The notes beneath the pieces were generated by a model, which was given only the letters and a program-made list of their open reading frames with translations, did no database searches and was not told the DNA's origin. The position numbers and the translations under genes are program-made. A stretch of 38,698 bases of DNA from Lysobacteraceae bacterium (lineage in GTDB: Bacteria > Pseudomonadota > Gammaproteobacteria > Xanthomonadales > Ahniellaceae): positions 1 to 38,698 of the forward strand of contig JBEIPT010000001.1 of the NCBI GenBank assembly GCA_040376895.1, given 5' to 3'. Shown here one piece after another: positions 1 through 9,586 of the stretch (position 1 is the stretch's first letter; the number at the start of each line of letters is the position of its first letter).

Positions 1-1
1 C

Positions 2-2605
2 ACCGATTTCGAAGCGGGTGCGGCGGGCTACACACACAGCGGTGTTCAGGACGAATGGGAATTGGGACTGCCGGCGACGGTGGCGACCACGACGGCGAAT
101 CCGATCGGGGCCTTCTCGACCTGCAACAGTGGCGTGAACTGCTGGAAGACCGATCTCGACAATTCCTACAACGCCTCCAGCAGCCAGGATCTGCTGTCGC
201 CCAATATCAACCTGGCGGGTCTGTCGCCCCCGGTGATCGTGACCTGGGCTCAGCGACATCAGGTCGAGACCGCCAATTTCGACCATTTTTTCATCGACTA
301 CCAGCAGGTCGGCGGTGCCACCCCGAATCGGCTGTATGAGTGGAAAGACCCAACCATCATCAGTGCTTCGGCCGGCACCGGCAATCCGCAGACCAATATC
401 GGCGGTAGTGCGGGCTGGGGCGTGTTCTCGCGCCGGGTAGACAGCCTCGCGGGTTTGAACACCGAACTGCGCTTCCATCTGGACAGCGACACTACCGTTC
501 AATTCGGTGGTGTGGCGATTGACGACGTGACCGTGACGGCTTGCCGCGCTCTGAGCGCAGACCTGTCCATCACCAAGACCGACGGTGTGACGACAGCAGT
601 GCCGGGCGGCTCGGTGACGTACACCATGACCGCGTCGAACGCGGGCGCGGACCCGGTCACCGGTGCGACGGTTGCCGATACCTTCCCGGCTGCCCTGACA
701 TGCACATGGACTTGCGCTGGCGCCGGTGGCGGCACCTGTACGGCCGCTGGCGCTGGCAATCTCAACGATACGGTCAATCTGCCCGTGGGTGGCAGCGTGA
801 CGTACACGGCGAGTTGTGCGATCAGCGCTTCGGCCACCGGGATGCTGTCGAACACGGCAACCGTGACCAGCGGAATCTCGGACCCGGTTCCAGGCAACAA
901 CAGCGCCACGGATACCGACACCCTGACCCCGCAAGCCGACCTGTCGATCACCAAAACGAACGGTGTGACCAATGTGGCGCCAGGTGGGTCGACGACCTAC
1001 ACCATCGTTGCCAGCAATGCCGGACCCAGCGACGCCGGCGGTTCCACTGTGGCCGATACCTTCCCGGCCGATCTGACGTGCACCTGGACCTGCGTGGGCG
1101 CAGGAGGGGGCACGTGTACGGCCGCAGGTTCGGGCAACATCAACGACACGGCCGGCTTGCCGGCGGGTGCGAGCGTGACCTATACCGCGTCCTGCGCCAT
1201 CAGCGGGACGGCAACCGGCACCATTTCGAACACGGCTACAGTGACCGCACCGGGTGGCGTGACTGATCCAACCCCGGGCAACAACAGTGCGACCGATACG
1301 GATACGGTCAGTCCGCAAGCCGACCTCTCCATCACCAAGACGGATGGCGTGACTTCGGTCACGGCTGGCGGCACAACGACCTACACCATCACGGTCAACA
1401 ATGCCGGGCCGAACAATGCCTTTGGTTCCCGGATCATCGATACCTTCCCGGCAGGTCTCACGTGCACCTGGTCCTGTTCCCCGTCAGGAGGCAGCAGCTG
1501 CAGCGCGAACGGCATCGGCAACTTCAATGACGCAGCCAATATCGCGGCCGGCGGTACATTGACGTACACCGTGGTGTGTAATGTCAGCGCATCGGCGACG
1601 GGGACAATTGCCAATACGGCGCAGGCCAATACTTCGGAGTTCGTGACGGACCCGAACCTGGGCAACAACACAGCGACCGATACCGATACCGTGCTGGTTA
1701 ATGCCGATCTCGCGATCACCAAGACCGATGGCCAGACTTCGGTGGGGCCGGGCTCAACCCTGACCTACACGATCGCAGCCAGCAATGCCGGCCCGAGTGA
1801 TGCGTCGGCAACGGTGTCCGATACGGCTCCGACCGAGTGCACCAGCTTCACCTGGACCTGCGTGGGTGCCAGTGGTGGCACGTGCTCGGCCGGTGGCAGC
1901 GGCTCGATCAACGACGCCGTAGCCTTGCCGGTCGGCGCTTCCGTGACCTACACGGCAGCGTGTGTGCTGAATGGTGCAGTGTTGAATGCCACGGTCTCGA
2001 ACACGGCTTCGATTGCACTCGGTGGTGGTGGCACGGATCCGACGCCGGGCAACAACTCGGCCGTAGATACCACACAAGTCCTGGGTTCCCCGGACGTCAC
2101 TGGCACCAAGACCGCTTCGGGGCTGTTCTTGCCCGGTGGTGCGATCACCTATTCGATCGTGCTGTCGAATGCCGGCCTTGGTCCGCAGAACGACAACGTC
2201 GGCGATGAGTTCACCGATGTGCTGCCGGCTGGAATCACTGGCACGGGCGTCACGGCCAGCACCGGTACGGCCACGCTGGCGGGCAACACGGTTAGCTGGA
2301 ATGGCAGCCTCGCGGCTGGCGCTTCGGTGACGCTGACCATCTCTGCAAACATCAACGGCAACGCCAGCGGCACCATCCTGAATCAGGGCACGATCAACAC
2401 TGACCTGGATGCCAACGGCAGCAACGAAACCCAGCGTCTGACCGATGATCCCTCGGTCGTGGGTCCTGGCCAGCCAACCGGCATCGTGGTGGCTGCAGCC
2501 ATCCCGACCATGGGTCGTCTGGGTCTGATCCTGATGGCGCTGGTGCTGGCGGGCTTTGCCTGGGAGCGCAGTCGCCGTCCGGCGGTGCTCGCTTCCCGGC
2601 GGTAA
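2..2605 (+). CDS. Large secreted/surface protein (5'-truncated by the window edge) with five DUF11-like Ig repeats and a C-terminal IPTL-CTERM-like sorting signal
   Basis: The frame is open from base 2 (TDFEAGAAGY...). Repeats begin ADLSITKT(D/N)G...GG.VTYT...SNAG...N.ATDTD about every 380 bp. The C-terminus AIPTMGRLGLILMALVLAGFAWERSRR gives an IPTx motif, a TM helix and a basic tail. Confidence 0.85.
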   Translation, partial: TDFEAGAAGYTHSGVQDEWELGLPATVATTTANPIGAFSTCNSGVNCWKTDLDNSYNASSSQDLLSPNINLAGLSPPVIVTWAQRHQVETANFDHFFIDYQQVGGATPNRLYEWKDPTIISASAGTGNPQTNIGGSAGWGVFSRRVDSLAGLNTELRFHLDSDTTVQFGGVAIDDVTVTACRALSADLSITKTDGVTTAVPGGSVTYTMTASNAGADPVTGATVADTFPAALTCTWTCAGAGGGTCTAAGAGNLNDTVNLPVGGSVTYTASCAISASATGMLSNTATVTSGISDPVPGNNSATDTDTLTPQADLSITKTNGVTNVAPGGSTTYTIVASNAGPSDAGGSTVADTFPADLTCTWTCVGAGGGTCTAAGSGNINDTAGLPAGASVTYTASCAISGTATGTISNTATVTAPGGVTDPTPGNNSATDTDTVSPQADLSITKTDGVTSVTAGGTTTYTITVNNAGPNNAFGSRIIDTFPAGLTCTWSCSPSGGSSCSANGIGNFNDAANIAAGGTLTYTVVCNVSASATGTIANTAQANTSEFVTDPNLGNNTATDTDTVLVNADLAITKTDGQTSVGPGSTLTYTIAASNAGPSDASATVSDTAPTECTSFTWTCVGASGGTCSAGGSGSINDAVALPVGASVTYTAACVLNGAVLNATVSNTASIALGGGGTDPTPGNNSAVDTTQVLGSPDVTGTKTASGLFLPGGAITYSIVLSNAGLGPQNDNVGDEFTDVLPAGITGTGVTASTGTATLAGNTVSWNGSLAAGASVTLTISANINGNASGTILNQGTINTDLDANGSNETQRLTDDPSVVGPGQPTGIVVAAAIPTMGRLGLILMALVLAGFAWERSRRPAVLASRR

Positions 2606-2617
2606 CACGGACTGAGT

Positions 2618-2683
2618 CGCCGCACGCCTGACTCGGCGTGCGGCGCGCCGGGTCAGGGAGCCTCTGACTGACTCAGAGGTTCC
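2618..2683 (+). terminator. Tandem 11-bp hairpins just after the DUF11 gene (terminator or RNA structure)
   Basis: cgccgcacgcc-tgactc-ggcgtgcggcg (2618-2645) and ggagcctctga-ctgac-tcagaggttcc (2657-2683). There is no U-tract, so terminator function is uncertain. Confidence 0.4.
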
Positions 2684-2894
2684 GTACGATGCAAGGATGT
2701 ATCCTTGGTGATGCTGCTTCAGCAGAACGATAGGTGGTGATGCTGACGGTCGGTTTTCCGACTACAGGCATCACTGCCAAGACGGCAGCACTCAAAATGA
2801 ATCAGGGGCCCGCCAGACAGGGGTAGTTTGGCTTCACGCCGACCTGCATCCTGTTTCGGCCATACTCTGAGCCGGTCAGGAAACCCAGCGTCTC

Positions 2895-4340
2895 ATGAGT
2901 ACCCGTTCACCCCATATCGTCTGGTTCCGGCGCGACTTGCGCGTTCGCGACAATCCTGCGCTCACTGCCGCCTGTGCCGATGGCGCCCCGGTACTGGCCG
3001 TCTATATCCATTCACCGCGTGATGCCGGGTTATGGGGCCCGGGCGGTGCATCACGATGGTGGCTGCATCATTCACTGTCTGCGCTAACGAGCGACCTCGA
3101 ACGGCTGGGAATTCCCCTGTTGCTGCTGCGCGGCCCGACCCGCTCCGCGCTGTTGATGCTGTGCTCTCGAGTGCAGGCGCGTTCGGTGTCCTGGAACCGC
3201 CGGTATGAGCCAGGCTCGATCGAGGTCGACAAGCGACTGAAAGCGCAGTTGGCTGCGCAGGGGGTCGCGGCCCATTCCCACAATGGCAGCTTGTTGCTCG
3301 AACCCTGGCAGATCGCCACTGGCGTGGGCGCGCCGTATCGGGTGTTCACGCCGTTCTGGCGCAAGGCGCAGACGCTGGTGTCGGCCGAACCGGGTTTGCC
3401 GACACCTGAGCCCCGGCGTAACCCCTTTGTGGTTGAAGCACCTGGACTGACTCTGGAGTCTTTGAAGTTGTTGCCGCGTATTCCGTGGGCGGGCGGGCTC
3501 GCTGCCACCTGGCAACCCGGTGAAAACGGTGCGCATCGCCGTCTCGAGTACTTTCTGCGGGAGTCCATCCGGGGTTATCGGGATGGCCGGGATTATCCGC
3601 AAAAGCAGTCGACGTCCGGCTTGTCGCCGCATCTGGCGTTTGGTGAGGTGTCGCCGCGCCAGGTGCTGGCTGCGGTGCACGCCAACTGGAACAGCGGCAT
3701 GGGGCTCATGCCTGACGCAGAGTTTTTTGTTCGCGAACTGTTCTGGCGTGAGTTTTCGTATCACCTGCTGTTCCATTTCCCGAATACTCCGACTGAAAAC
3801 CTCAATTCAGACTTCGATACGTTTGCATGGCGTCAGCCCGATCCGGTGCTGCTGAAGGCTTGGCAGCAGGGGCGCACGGGTTTGCCGATCGTTGATGCCG
3901 GCATGCGCGAACTGTGGATTACCGGCACCATGCACAATCGCGTGCGCATGCTCGTGGCGAGCGTGCTGACCAAGAACCTGCGGTATCACTGGCTGCATGG
4001 TGCACGCTGGTTCTGGGACACGCTGGTCGACGCCGACCTTGCGAACAACACGCAGGGCTGGCAATGGACAGCGGGCACGGGCGCTGACGCGGCACCGTAT
4101 TTCCGCATTTTCAACCCGGTCACCCAAGGGGAACGCTTTGATCCGGAAGGGGGCTACGTGCGTCGATTCGTGCCGGAACTGGCCGACGTCCCAACCCGGT
4201 TCATTCACCAGCCCTGGATGTTGCCCGCGGCTGAGCTGCAGCGCCTCGGCTTGTCCGGAACGCCCTATGCGCGTCCGCTGATCGACCTGGCAAGCAGTCG
4301 GACGGATGCGCTGGCGGCCTACAAATCGCGTGGAGATTGA
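2895..4340 (+). CDS. phrB: Deoxyribodipyrimidine (CPD) photolyase
   Basis: WFRRDLRVRDNPAL, TSGLSPHLAFGEVS, MHNRVRM and DADLANNTQGWQW...DAAPYFRIFNP FAD-binding motifs. Confidence 0.95.
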   Translation: MSTRSPHIVWFRRDLRVRDNPALTAACADGAPVLAVYIHSPRDAGLWGPGGASRWWLHHSLSALTSDLERLGIPLLLLRGPTRSALLMLCSRVQARSVSWNRRYEPGSIEVDKRLKAQLAAQGVAAHSHNGSLLLEPWQIATGVGAPYRVFTPFWRKAQTLVSAEPGLPTPEPRRNPFVVEAPGLTLESLKLLPRIPWAGGLAATWQPGENGAHRRLEYFLRESIRGYRDGRDYPQKQSTSGLSPHLAFGEVSPRQVLAAVHANWNSGMGLMPDAEFFVRELFWREFSYHLLFHFPNTPTENLNSDFDTFAWRQPDPVLLKAWQQGRTGLPIVDAGMRELWITGTMHNRVRMLVASVLTKNLRYHWLHGARWFWDTLVDADLANNTQGWQWTAGTGADAAPYFRIFNPVTQGERFDPEGGYVRRFVPELADVPTRFIHQPWMLPAAELQRLGLSGTPYARPLIDLASSRTDALAAYKSRGD

Positions 4341-4390
4341 CCGGCCCTTCACGCACCGGTAAAACCTGATCCAATTCCAAGGAGTTGGTC

Positions 4391-5992
4391 ATGGCCATGA
4401 TGAACATGCTGCGGTCCGGGCGCGAACCGATGTCGAAGGTCGACACCGCCTGGTTGCGCATGGAGAAGCCGACCAGTCTGATGATGATTACCGGCGTGAT
4501 GATGTTCGAGACCCCACTCGACGTCGATCGCTTCAAGCGCATGCTGAATGACCGGTTCCTCGCATTCCGTCGCTTCCGCCAGAAAGCGGTGGACACACCC
4601 GGTGGCGCATATTGGGAAATCGACCACGATTTCGACCTGGACTGGCATGTGCGCATCACCGCCTTGCCCGGCAAGGTAGGGCAGGAAGAGCTGCAGCGTT
4701 TGGCGTCACAGCTCGCCTCCACGCCGCTCGACTATTCAAAGCCGCGCTGGCAGTTCCATGTCGTCGAGAAATACGGCGAGGGCAGCGCGTTGATCATGCG
4801 CATCCACCACTGCTACGCCGACGGGATTGCGTTGATCCAGGTCCTGCTGTCGCTGACCGACGTCAAACCGACCGAAGAAGATCGCGCCGCACTCGCCAAG
4901 GTCTGGTTCCAGGAAGACAAGGGTGGCGTGGTCGAGCGGCTGTTGTCGCCGGCTCGGAAAGGGCTGTCGCAAGCCATGCACCTGGGCGGAAAAGCCGTCG
5001 AAAAGGGCAAGGAACTGTTCAATGATCCCGAGCAGGTGGCCAAGCTGGCGCACGAGGGCAGCGAAATCGCGCGTGAACTCGCGATCGCGATCAGCCTGCC
5101 GGACGATCCGCCGACCCGATTCCGCGGACATCTGGGCGTCAGCAAGCGGTGCGCATGGGCCGAGCCGATGCCACTCAATGATGCCAAGCAGTTGGGCAAG
5201 GCCATGCGCTGCACGGTCAACGACATTCTGCTCGCCTGCGCGTCGGGGGCACTTCGCGGTTACCTGATGGACAAGGGTGAAGACCCGACCGGCCTGACCA
5301 TCCGCGCCACGGTCCCGGTCAATCTGCGGCCTCTGGAACACGCCAAGAAACTCGGCAACCACTTCGGTCTGGTGTTCCTGAACTTGCCGATCGGTGAAGC
5401 CAATCCGCTTCGCCGGCTGGAGCTGGTTGCCGAAAACATGCGTGAACTGAAGCGTTCGCGTCAGGCCATCGTGGCGTTCGGCCTGTTGGCCGCACTGGGC
5501 ATGGGGCCGTCGGCGTTGCAGGCTCCGGCTCTGGAAATGTTCTCGCGGAAGGCCACCACGGTGGCGACGAACGTGCCTGGACCGCAGATGCCCCTGTATT
5601 TTGCCGGTGCCAAGATCAGCGACCAGATGTTCTGGGTGCCGCAGACCGGCTCGATCGGCATGGGCATCAGCATCCTGTCTTACAACGGTCGCGTCCACTT
5701 TGGCCTGATCACCGATGCCAAGCTGGTGCCGGATCCCGAAAACATCATTCGTCGATTCAGCACCGAGCTCGAAAAGCTCCTGTTGATCGCCTGCATGGAA
5801 GATTGGAGTGAGCCGGTCACGCCGGCCGACGCCGAGGCGACCCTGGTACATTTCGCCGGCGGTGAAGCAAGCCCGGTTCCGAAGCGTCAACCCGCTGCGA
5901 AGAAGGCGGCCACGAAACCAGCGGCTGCGCCCCGTACCGCCAAGAAAAAGCCCGCCACGAAAAAATCCGCAATCGACAAATCTCTCGCCTGA
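4391..5992 (+). CDS. Wax ester synthase / diacylglycerol acyltransferase (WS/DGAT family)
   Basis: Catalytic HHCYADG (HHxxxDG), TVNDILLA, VPVNLR and TNVPGP motifs. The RBS aaggag at 4379-4384 favours ATG 4391. Confidence 0.93.
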   Translation: MAMMNMLRSGREPMSKVDTAWLRMEKPTSLMMITGVMMFETPLDVDRFKRMLNDRFLAFRRFRQKAVDTPGGAYWEIDHDFDLDWHVRITALPGKVGQEELQRLASQLASTPLDYSKPRWQFHVVEKYGEGSALIMRIHHCYADGIALIQVLLSLTDVKPTEEDRAALAKVWFQEDKGGVVERLLSPARKGLSQAMHLGGKAVEKGKELFNDPEQVAKLAHEGSEIARELAIAISLPDDPPTRFRGHLGVSKRCAWAEPMPLNDAKQLGKAMRCTVNDILLACASGALRGYLMDKGEDPTGLTIRATVPVNLRPLEHAKKLGNHFGLVFLNLPIGEANPLRRLELVAENMRELKRSRQAIVAFGLLAALGMGPSALQAPALEMFSRKATTVATNVPGPQMPLYFAGAKISDQMFWVPQTGSIGMGISILSYNGRVHFGLITDAKLVPDPENIIRRFSTELEKLLLIACMEDWSEPVTPADAEATLVHFAGGEASPVPKRQPAAKKAATKPAAAPRTAKKKPATKKSAIDKSLA

Positions 5993-6199
5993 GGTCCGGG
6001 CGGGACCGGCAGAACCTGCCCCGTATGCCCGGGAACGGGCGGCCTTATGACATTTTTCGGGCCGGTCCGGCTGCCGATCTTTCACTCTTTGACGACATGC
6101 TAAGTTCGGGTGCTTCCGCACTGGTTTGCCCCGGCCATGAAGGTCGTGTCGCGCCAAACCTGCTGCGCCCGGTTTGATTGGCCTTTGAGGAGTGCTTCA

Positions 6200-7279
6200 G
6201 TGAGTCGCGGTTACAACTTTTCGTCGGGTCCGGCGGTGTTGCCGGAAGAAGTGTTGAAGGAAGCTCAGGCAGAGATGCTGGAATGGTCCAACGCGCGGGC
6301 CTCGGTCATGGAAGTCAGCCATCGTGGCAAACCGTTCATCGCCATGGCAGAAGAATCCGAGCGCGATCTGCGCGCGCTGATGGACATTCCGTCCAATTAC
6401 AAAGTGCTGTTCCTGCAAGGCGGCGCCACGCAGCATTTTGCGCAGATTCCGATGAACATCGCGTCCGGTGGTTCGGCCGATTACATCGTGACCGGCCAGT
6501 GGGGCCAGAAAGCGGTCAAGGAAGCCAAGCCCTATACGAACGCCCGTGTGGCCGCGACCGGTGAAGCCGACGGCTTCCTCAAGTTGCCGGCGCGTGACAC
6601 CTGGCAGCTGGATCCGAATGCCGCTTACGTGCACTACACCCCGAATGAAACGATCGGCGGCATCGCCATTCACGACATTCCGGATGTCGGCAACGTACCG
6701 CTGGTCGCCGACATGTCGTCGAACATCCTGTCCGGTCCGCTCGATGTGTCGAAGTTCGGCCTGATCTATGCCGGTGCACAGAAGAACATCGGCCCGAGCG
6801 GCATAGTCGTGATGATCATCCGCGACGACCTGATCGCGCGTCCGACCGGCAACATCGCGAACATCTTCAAGTACAGCGCACAAGCGGCCGATGGCTCAAT
6901 GCTCAACACGCCGGCGACGTTTTCCTGGTACATGGCCGGTCGCGTGTTCAAGTGGCTGCAGCGTCAGGGTGGTGTCGCCGTGATGGGTGAACGCAACCGT
7001 GCCAAGGCTGCGCGTTTGTATGACTACATCGACGGTTCCGGGTTCTACAGCAATCCGATCGAAACCTCTGCGCGGTCGTTGATGAACGTGCCGTTCCGTG
7101 CACCGAATGAAACCCTCGACGACCTGTTCGTCAAGGAATCGGAGGCCGCCGGCCTGCTCGCGCTCAAGGGTCATCGTTCGGTCGGTGGCATGCGCGCCAG
7201 TATCTACAACGCCATGCCGATGGCCGGTGTGGAGGCGTTGATCGCCTTCATGCAGGACTTCGCGCAACGTAACGGATGA
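6200..7279 (+). CDS. serC: Phosphoserine aminotransferase
   Basis: YNFSSGPAVLP, EVSHR, LFLQGGA, GAQKNIGPSG and GHRSVGGMRASIYNA motifs. GTG start after a gaggag RBS. Confidence 0.97.
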   Translation: MSRGYNFSSGPAVLPEEVLKEAQAEMLEWSNARASVMEVSHRGKPFIAMAEESERDLRALMDIPSNYKVLFLQGGATQHFAQIPMNIASGGSADYIVTGQWGQKAVKEAKPYTNARVAATGEADGFLKLPARDTWQLDPNAAYVHYTPNETIGGIAIHDIPDVGNVPLVADMSSNILSGPLDVSKFGLIYAGAQKNIGPSGIVVMIIRDDLIARPTGNIANIFKYSAQAADGSMLNTPATFSWYMAGRVFKWLQRQGGVAVMGERNRAKAARLYDYIDGSGFYSNPIETSARSLMNVPFRAPNETLDDLFVKESEAAGLLALKGHRSVGGMRASIYNAMPMAGVEALIAFMQDFAQRNG

Positions 7280-7293
7280 GCCCGGAGGATCCC

Positions 7294-8451
7294 ATGCTCA
7301 AGATCAAGACACTCAACAACATTTCGGCCTCGGGCCTGTCGCGCCTGCCGGCCGACCGTTATGAAATCGTCGACGAACTCGACAGCGCCGATGCGGTGCT
7401 GGTGCGTTCCGCCGACATGCATGCCGTCGAACTCCCAGCCAGTGTGCTGGCGGTCGGTCGCGCCGGCGCCGGTACGAACAACATTCCGGTCGCCAAGCTC
7501 AGCAAGCAGGGTGTGGTGGTGTTCAACGCCCCGGGTGCCAATGCCAATGCGGTCAAGGAACTGGTGCTGGCCGGCATGCTGATCAGTGCCCGCAACCTGC
7601 ACGATGCGCTGGGTTTTGTCAGCGGTCTGCAGGCCGAGCATATGGAAGAGACGATCGAATCGCAGAAGAAGCGTTTCGTCGGCAACGAACTGGCCGGGCG
7701 CACGCTGGGTGTGGTCGGCCTCGGTGCGATCGGCGTGCGTGTTGCGAACGCGGCGCGTGCCCTCGGCATGCGTGTGGTCGGATTCGATCCGCACATGACG
7801 GTCGATGGCGCATGGGCGCTGTCATCCGACGTCATCAAGGCCAGTGGCCTCAATGAACTGTTCAGTTCCTGCGATTTCATCAGCTTCCATGTGCCGCTGA
7901 TCGATGCCACTCGAGGGCTCTTCAATGCGCAGGCGCTGACAGTTTTGAAGCCCGGCGCAACCTTGCTCAACTTCAGCCGTGACGGCATCGTCGACGCCGA
8001 AGCCTTGAAGCAGGGTCTGAACGATGGCCGCATCGGCCGTTATGTCAGCGACTTCCCGAAGGCTGACCTGATCCGTCACCCGCGCGTGATCGCGCTGCCG
8101 CATTTGGGTGCATCGACGCACGAAGCCGAAGAAAACTGTGCGGTGATGGTCGTTGACCAGGTTCGTGATTATCTGGAAAACGGCAACATCTCGCATTCGG
8201 TGAACTTCCCGTCGACGCGCATGTCGCGTGGTGCCCGATCGCGCATCTGCATCGCCAACCTCAACAAGCCGAACATGATCGGCCAGTTGTCGCAGGTGCT
8301 CGGCGCGAATGGCATCAACATCTCGCAGATGCACAATGCCTCGAAGGGCGAAAACGCCTACAACCTGGTCGATGTGGACAACGAGGTCGGCACCGAAGTG
8401 TTGACGCAGTTGCGTGCGATTGATGGCGTGTTGTCCGTTCGCGTGGTCTGA
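7294..8451 (+). CDS. serA: D-3-phosphoglycerate dehydrogenase with C-terminal ACT domain
   Basis: RAGAGTNNIP, NAPGANANAVKE, GVVGLGAIG Rossmann motif, PHLGAST and an ACT-like NKPNMIGQ tail. ggagg RBS before ATG 7294. Confidence 0.92.
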   Translation: MLKIKTLNNISASGLSRLPADRYEIVDELDSADAVLVRSADMHAVELPASVLAVGRAGAGTNNIPVAKLSKQGVVVFNAPGANANAVKELVLAGMLISARNLHDALGFVSGLQAEHMEETIESQKKRFVGNELAGRTLGVVGLGAIGVRVANAARALGMRVVGFDPHMTVDGAWALSSDVIKASGLNELFSSCDFISFHVPLIDATRGLFNAQALTVLKPGATLLNFSRDGIVDAEALKQGLNDGRIGRYVSDFPKADLIRHPRVIALPHLGASTHEAEENCAVMVVDQVRDYLENGNISHSVNFPSTRMSRGARSRICIANLNKPNMIGQLSQVLGANGINISQMHNASKGENAYNLVDVDNEVGTEVLTQLRAIDGVLSVRVV

Positions 8452-8485
8452 ACCTGATCCATCAACACAAAGGATTCGGTCCGAC

Positions 8486-9586
8486 ATGACTGAGCCGACG
8501 AAGTTCGAGAGTCTGGCGCAGGTGCGTTCGCGCATCGACGCCATTGATCGCGACATCCAGAAACTGATCGCCGAGCGTGCGGAATTCGCACGCCTGGTCG
8601 GACAGGTGAAGGGTCCGCTCCGTGCAGCGGTGGATTACTACCGGCCCGAGCGTGAGGCGCAGGTGTTGCGCATGGTCAAGGAGCGCAACCAGGGCCCCTT
8701 GTCGAACGAAGAGATGCTGCGACTGTTCCGCGAGATCATGTCCGCATGCCTCGCGCAGCAGGAGCCGCTGAAGATCGCGTTTCTGGGGCCGGAGGGGACG
8801 TTCTCGCAGACCGCCGTGCACCAGCATTTTGGTCATTCGGTGAACGGGCTTCCGGTTGGCAGCATCGAGGAAGTGTTTCAGGAAGTGGAGGCCGAACGCG
8901 CCGACTTTGGTGTCGTACCGGTCGAGAATTCGACCGAAGGTTCGGTTCATTCCACACTGGACATGTTCCATGATTCATCGCTGAAGATCTGCGGCGAAGT
9001 CGAACTCCAGATCCACCAGTTCCTGCTCAGCCGATCCGGCGAGATGAATCGTATCCAGCGCGTGTTTTCGCATCCGCAGTCACTTGGGCAGACACGCAAT
9101 TGGTTGCGGACCAATCTCCCGAATGCCGAAAAAGTGGCCGTGTCGAGTAATGCCGAAGCGGCTCGCAGGGCTCAGGGTGCCGACGACTGTGCCGCAATCG
9201 CGGGGCAGTCGGCTGGCCGTGTATACGACCTGAAAGTGGTGGCCGGTCCGATCGAGGACCGTCCCGACAACAATACGCGGTTCGTGGTGCTGGGCCGCGA
9301 CCTGTTTTCGCCATCCGGCAGCGACAAGACTTCGTTGCTGGTGTCTGGCCAGGACCAACCGGGTCTGTTGTTCCACCTGCTGGAGCCACTGGCGAAGCGG
9401 GGTGTATCGATGACCCGCATCGAGTCGCGGCCAACCCGGCGTGGCAAATGGGAATATGCGTTCTTCATCGACATCGAAGGTCACGTCGAGGATGAGCCGG
9501 TCAAGGCGGCGCTGGCCGACTTGGGTCCTGTATCCAGTTTCGTCAAAATCCTCGGCTCTTACCCCAAGGCGGTACTCAGCGAATGA
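8486..9586 (+). CDS. pheA: Chorismate mutase / prephenate dehydratase (P-protein)
   Basis: RSRIDAID...RPEREAQV chorismate mutase domain, plus FLGPEGTFS, VPVENSTEG, NNTRF and TRIESRP. Confidence 0.97.
   Translation: MTEPTKFESLAQVRSRIDAIDRDIQKLIAERAEFARLVGQVKGPLRAAVDYYRPEREAQVLRMVKERNQGPLSNEEMLRLFREIMSACLAQQEPLKIAFLGPEGTFSQTAVHQHFGHSVNGLPVGSIEEVFQEVEAERADFGVVPVENSTEGSVHSTLDMFHDSSLKICGEVELQIHQFLLSRSGEMNRIQRVFSHPQSLGQTRNWLRTNLPNAEKVAVSSNAEAARRAQGADDCAAIAGQSAGRVYDLKVVAGPIEDRPDNNTRFVVLGRDLFSPSGSDKTSLLVSGQDQPGLLFHLLEPLAKRGVSMTRIESRPTRRGKWEYAFFIDIEGHVEDEPVKAALADLGPVSSFVKILGSYPKAVLSE

Noticed and set aside
2680-2850. Cobalamin or c-di-GMP riboswitch, tRNA, or CsrB/Rsm sRNA upstream of phrB
   Set aside because: There is no B12 box, GEMM motif or TpsiC arm, and too few GGA-loop hairpins. 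I kept it only as an unclassified structured region.
4736-6157. 473-aa - strand ORF, and similar long antisense ORFs such as 9751-10809 and 19140-20357
   Set aside because: They overlap well-supported genes on the opposite strand and show no family motifs.
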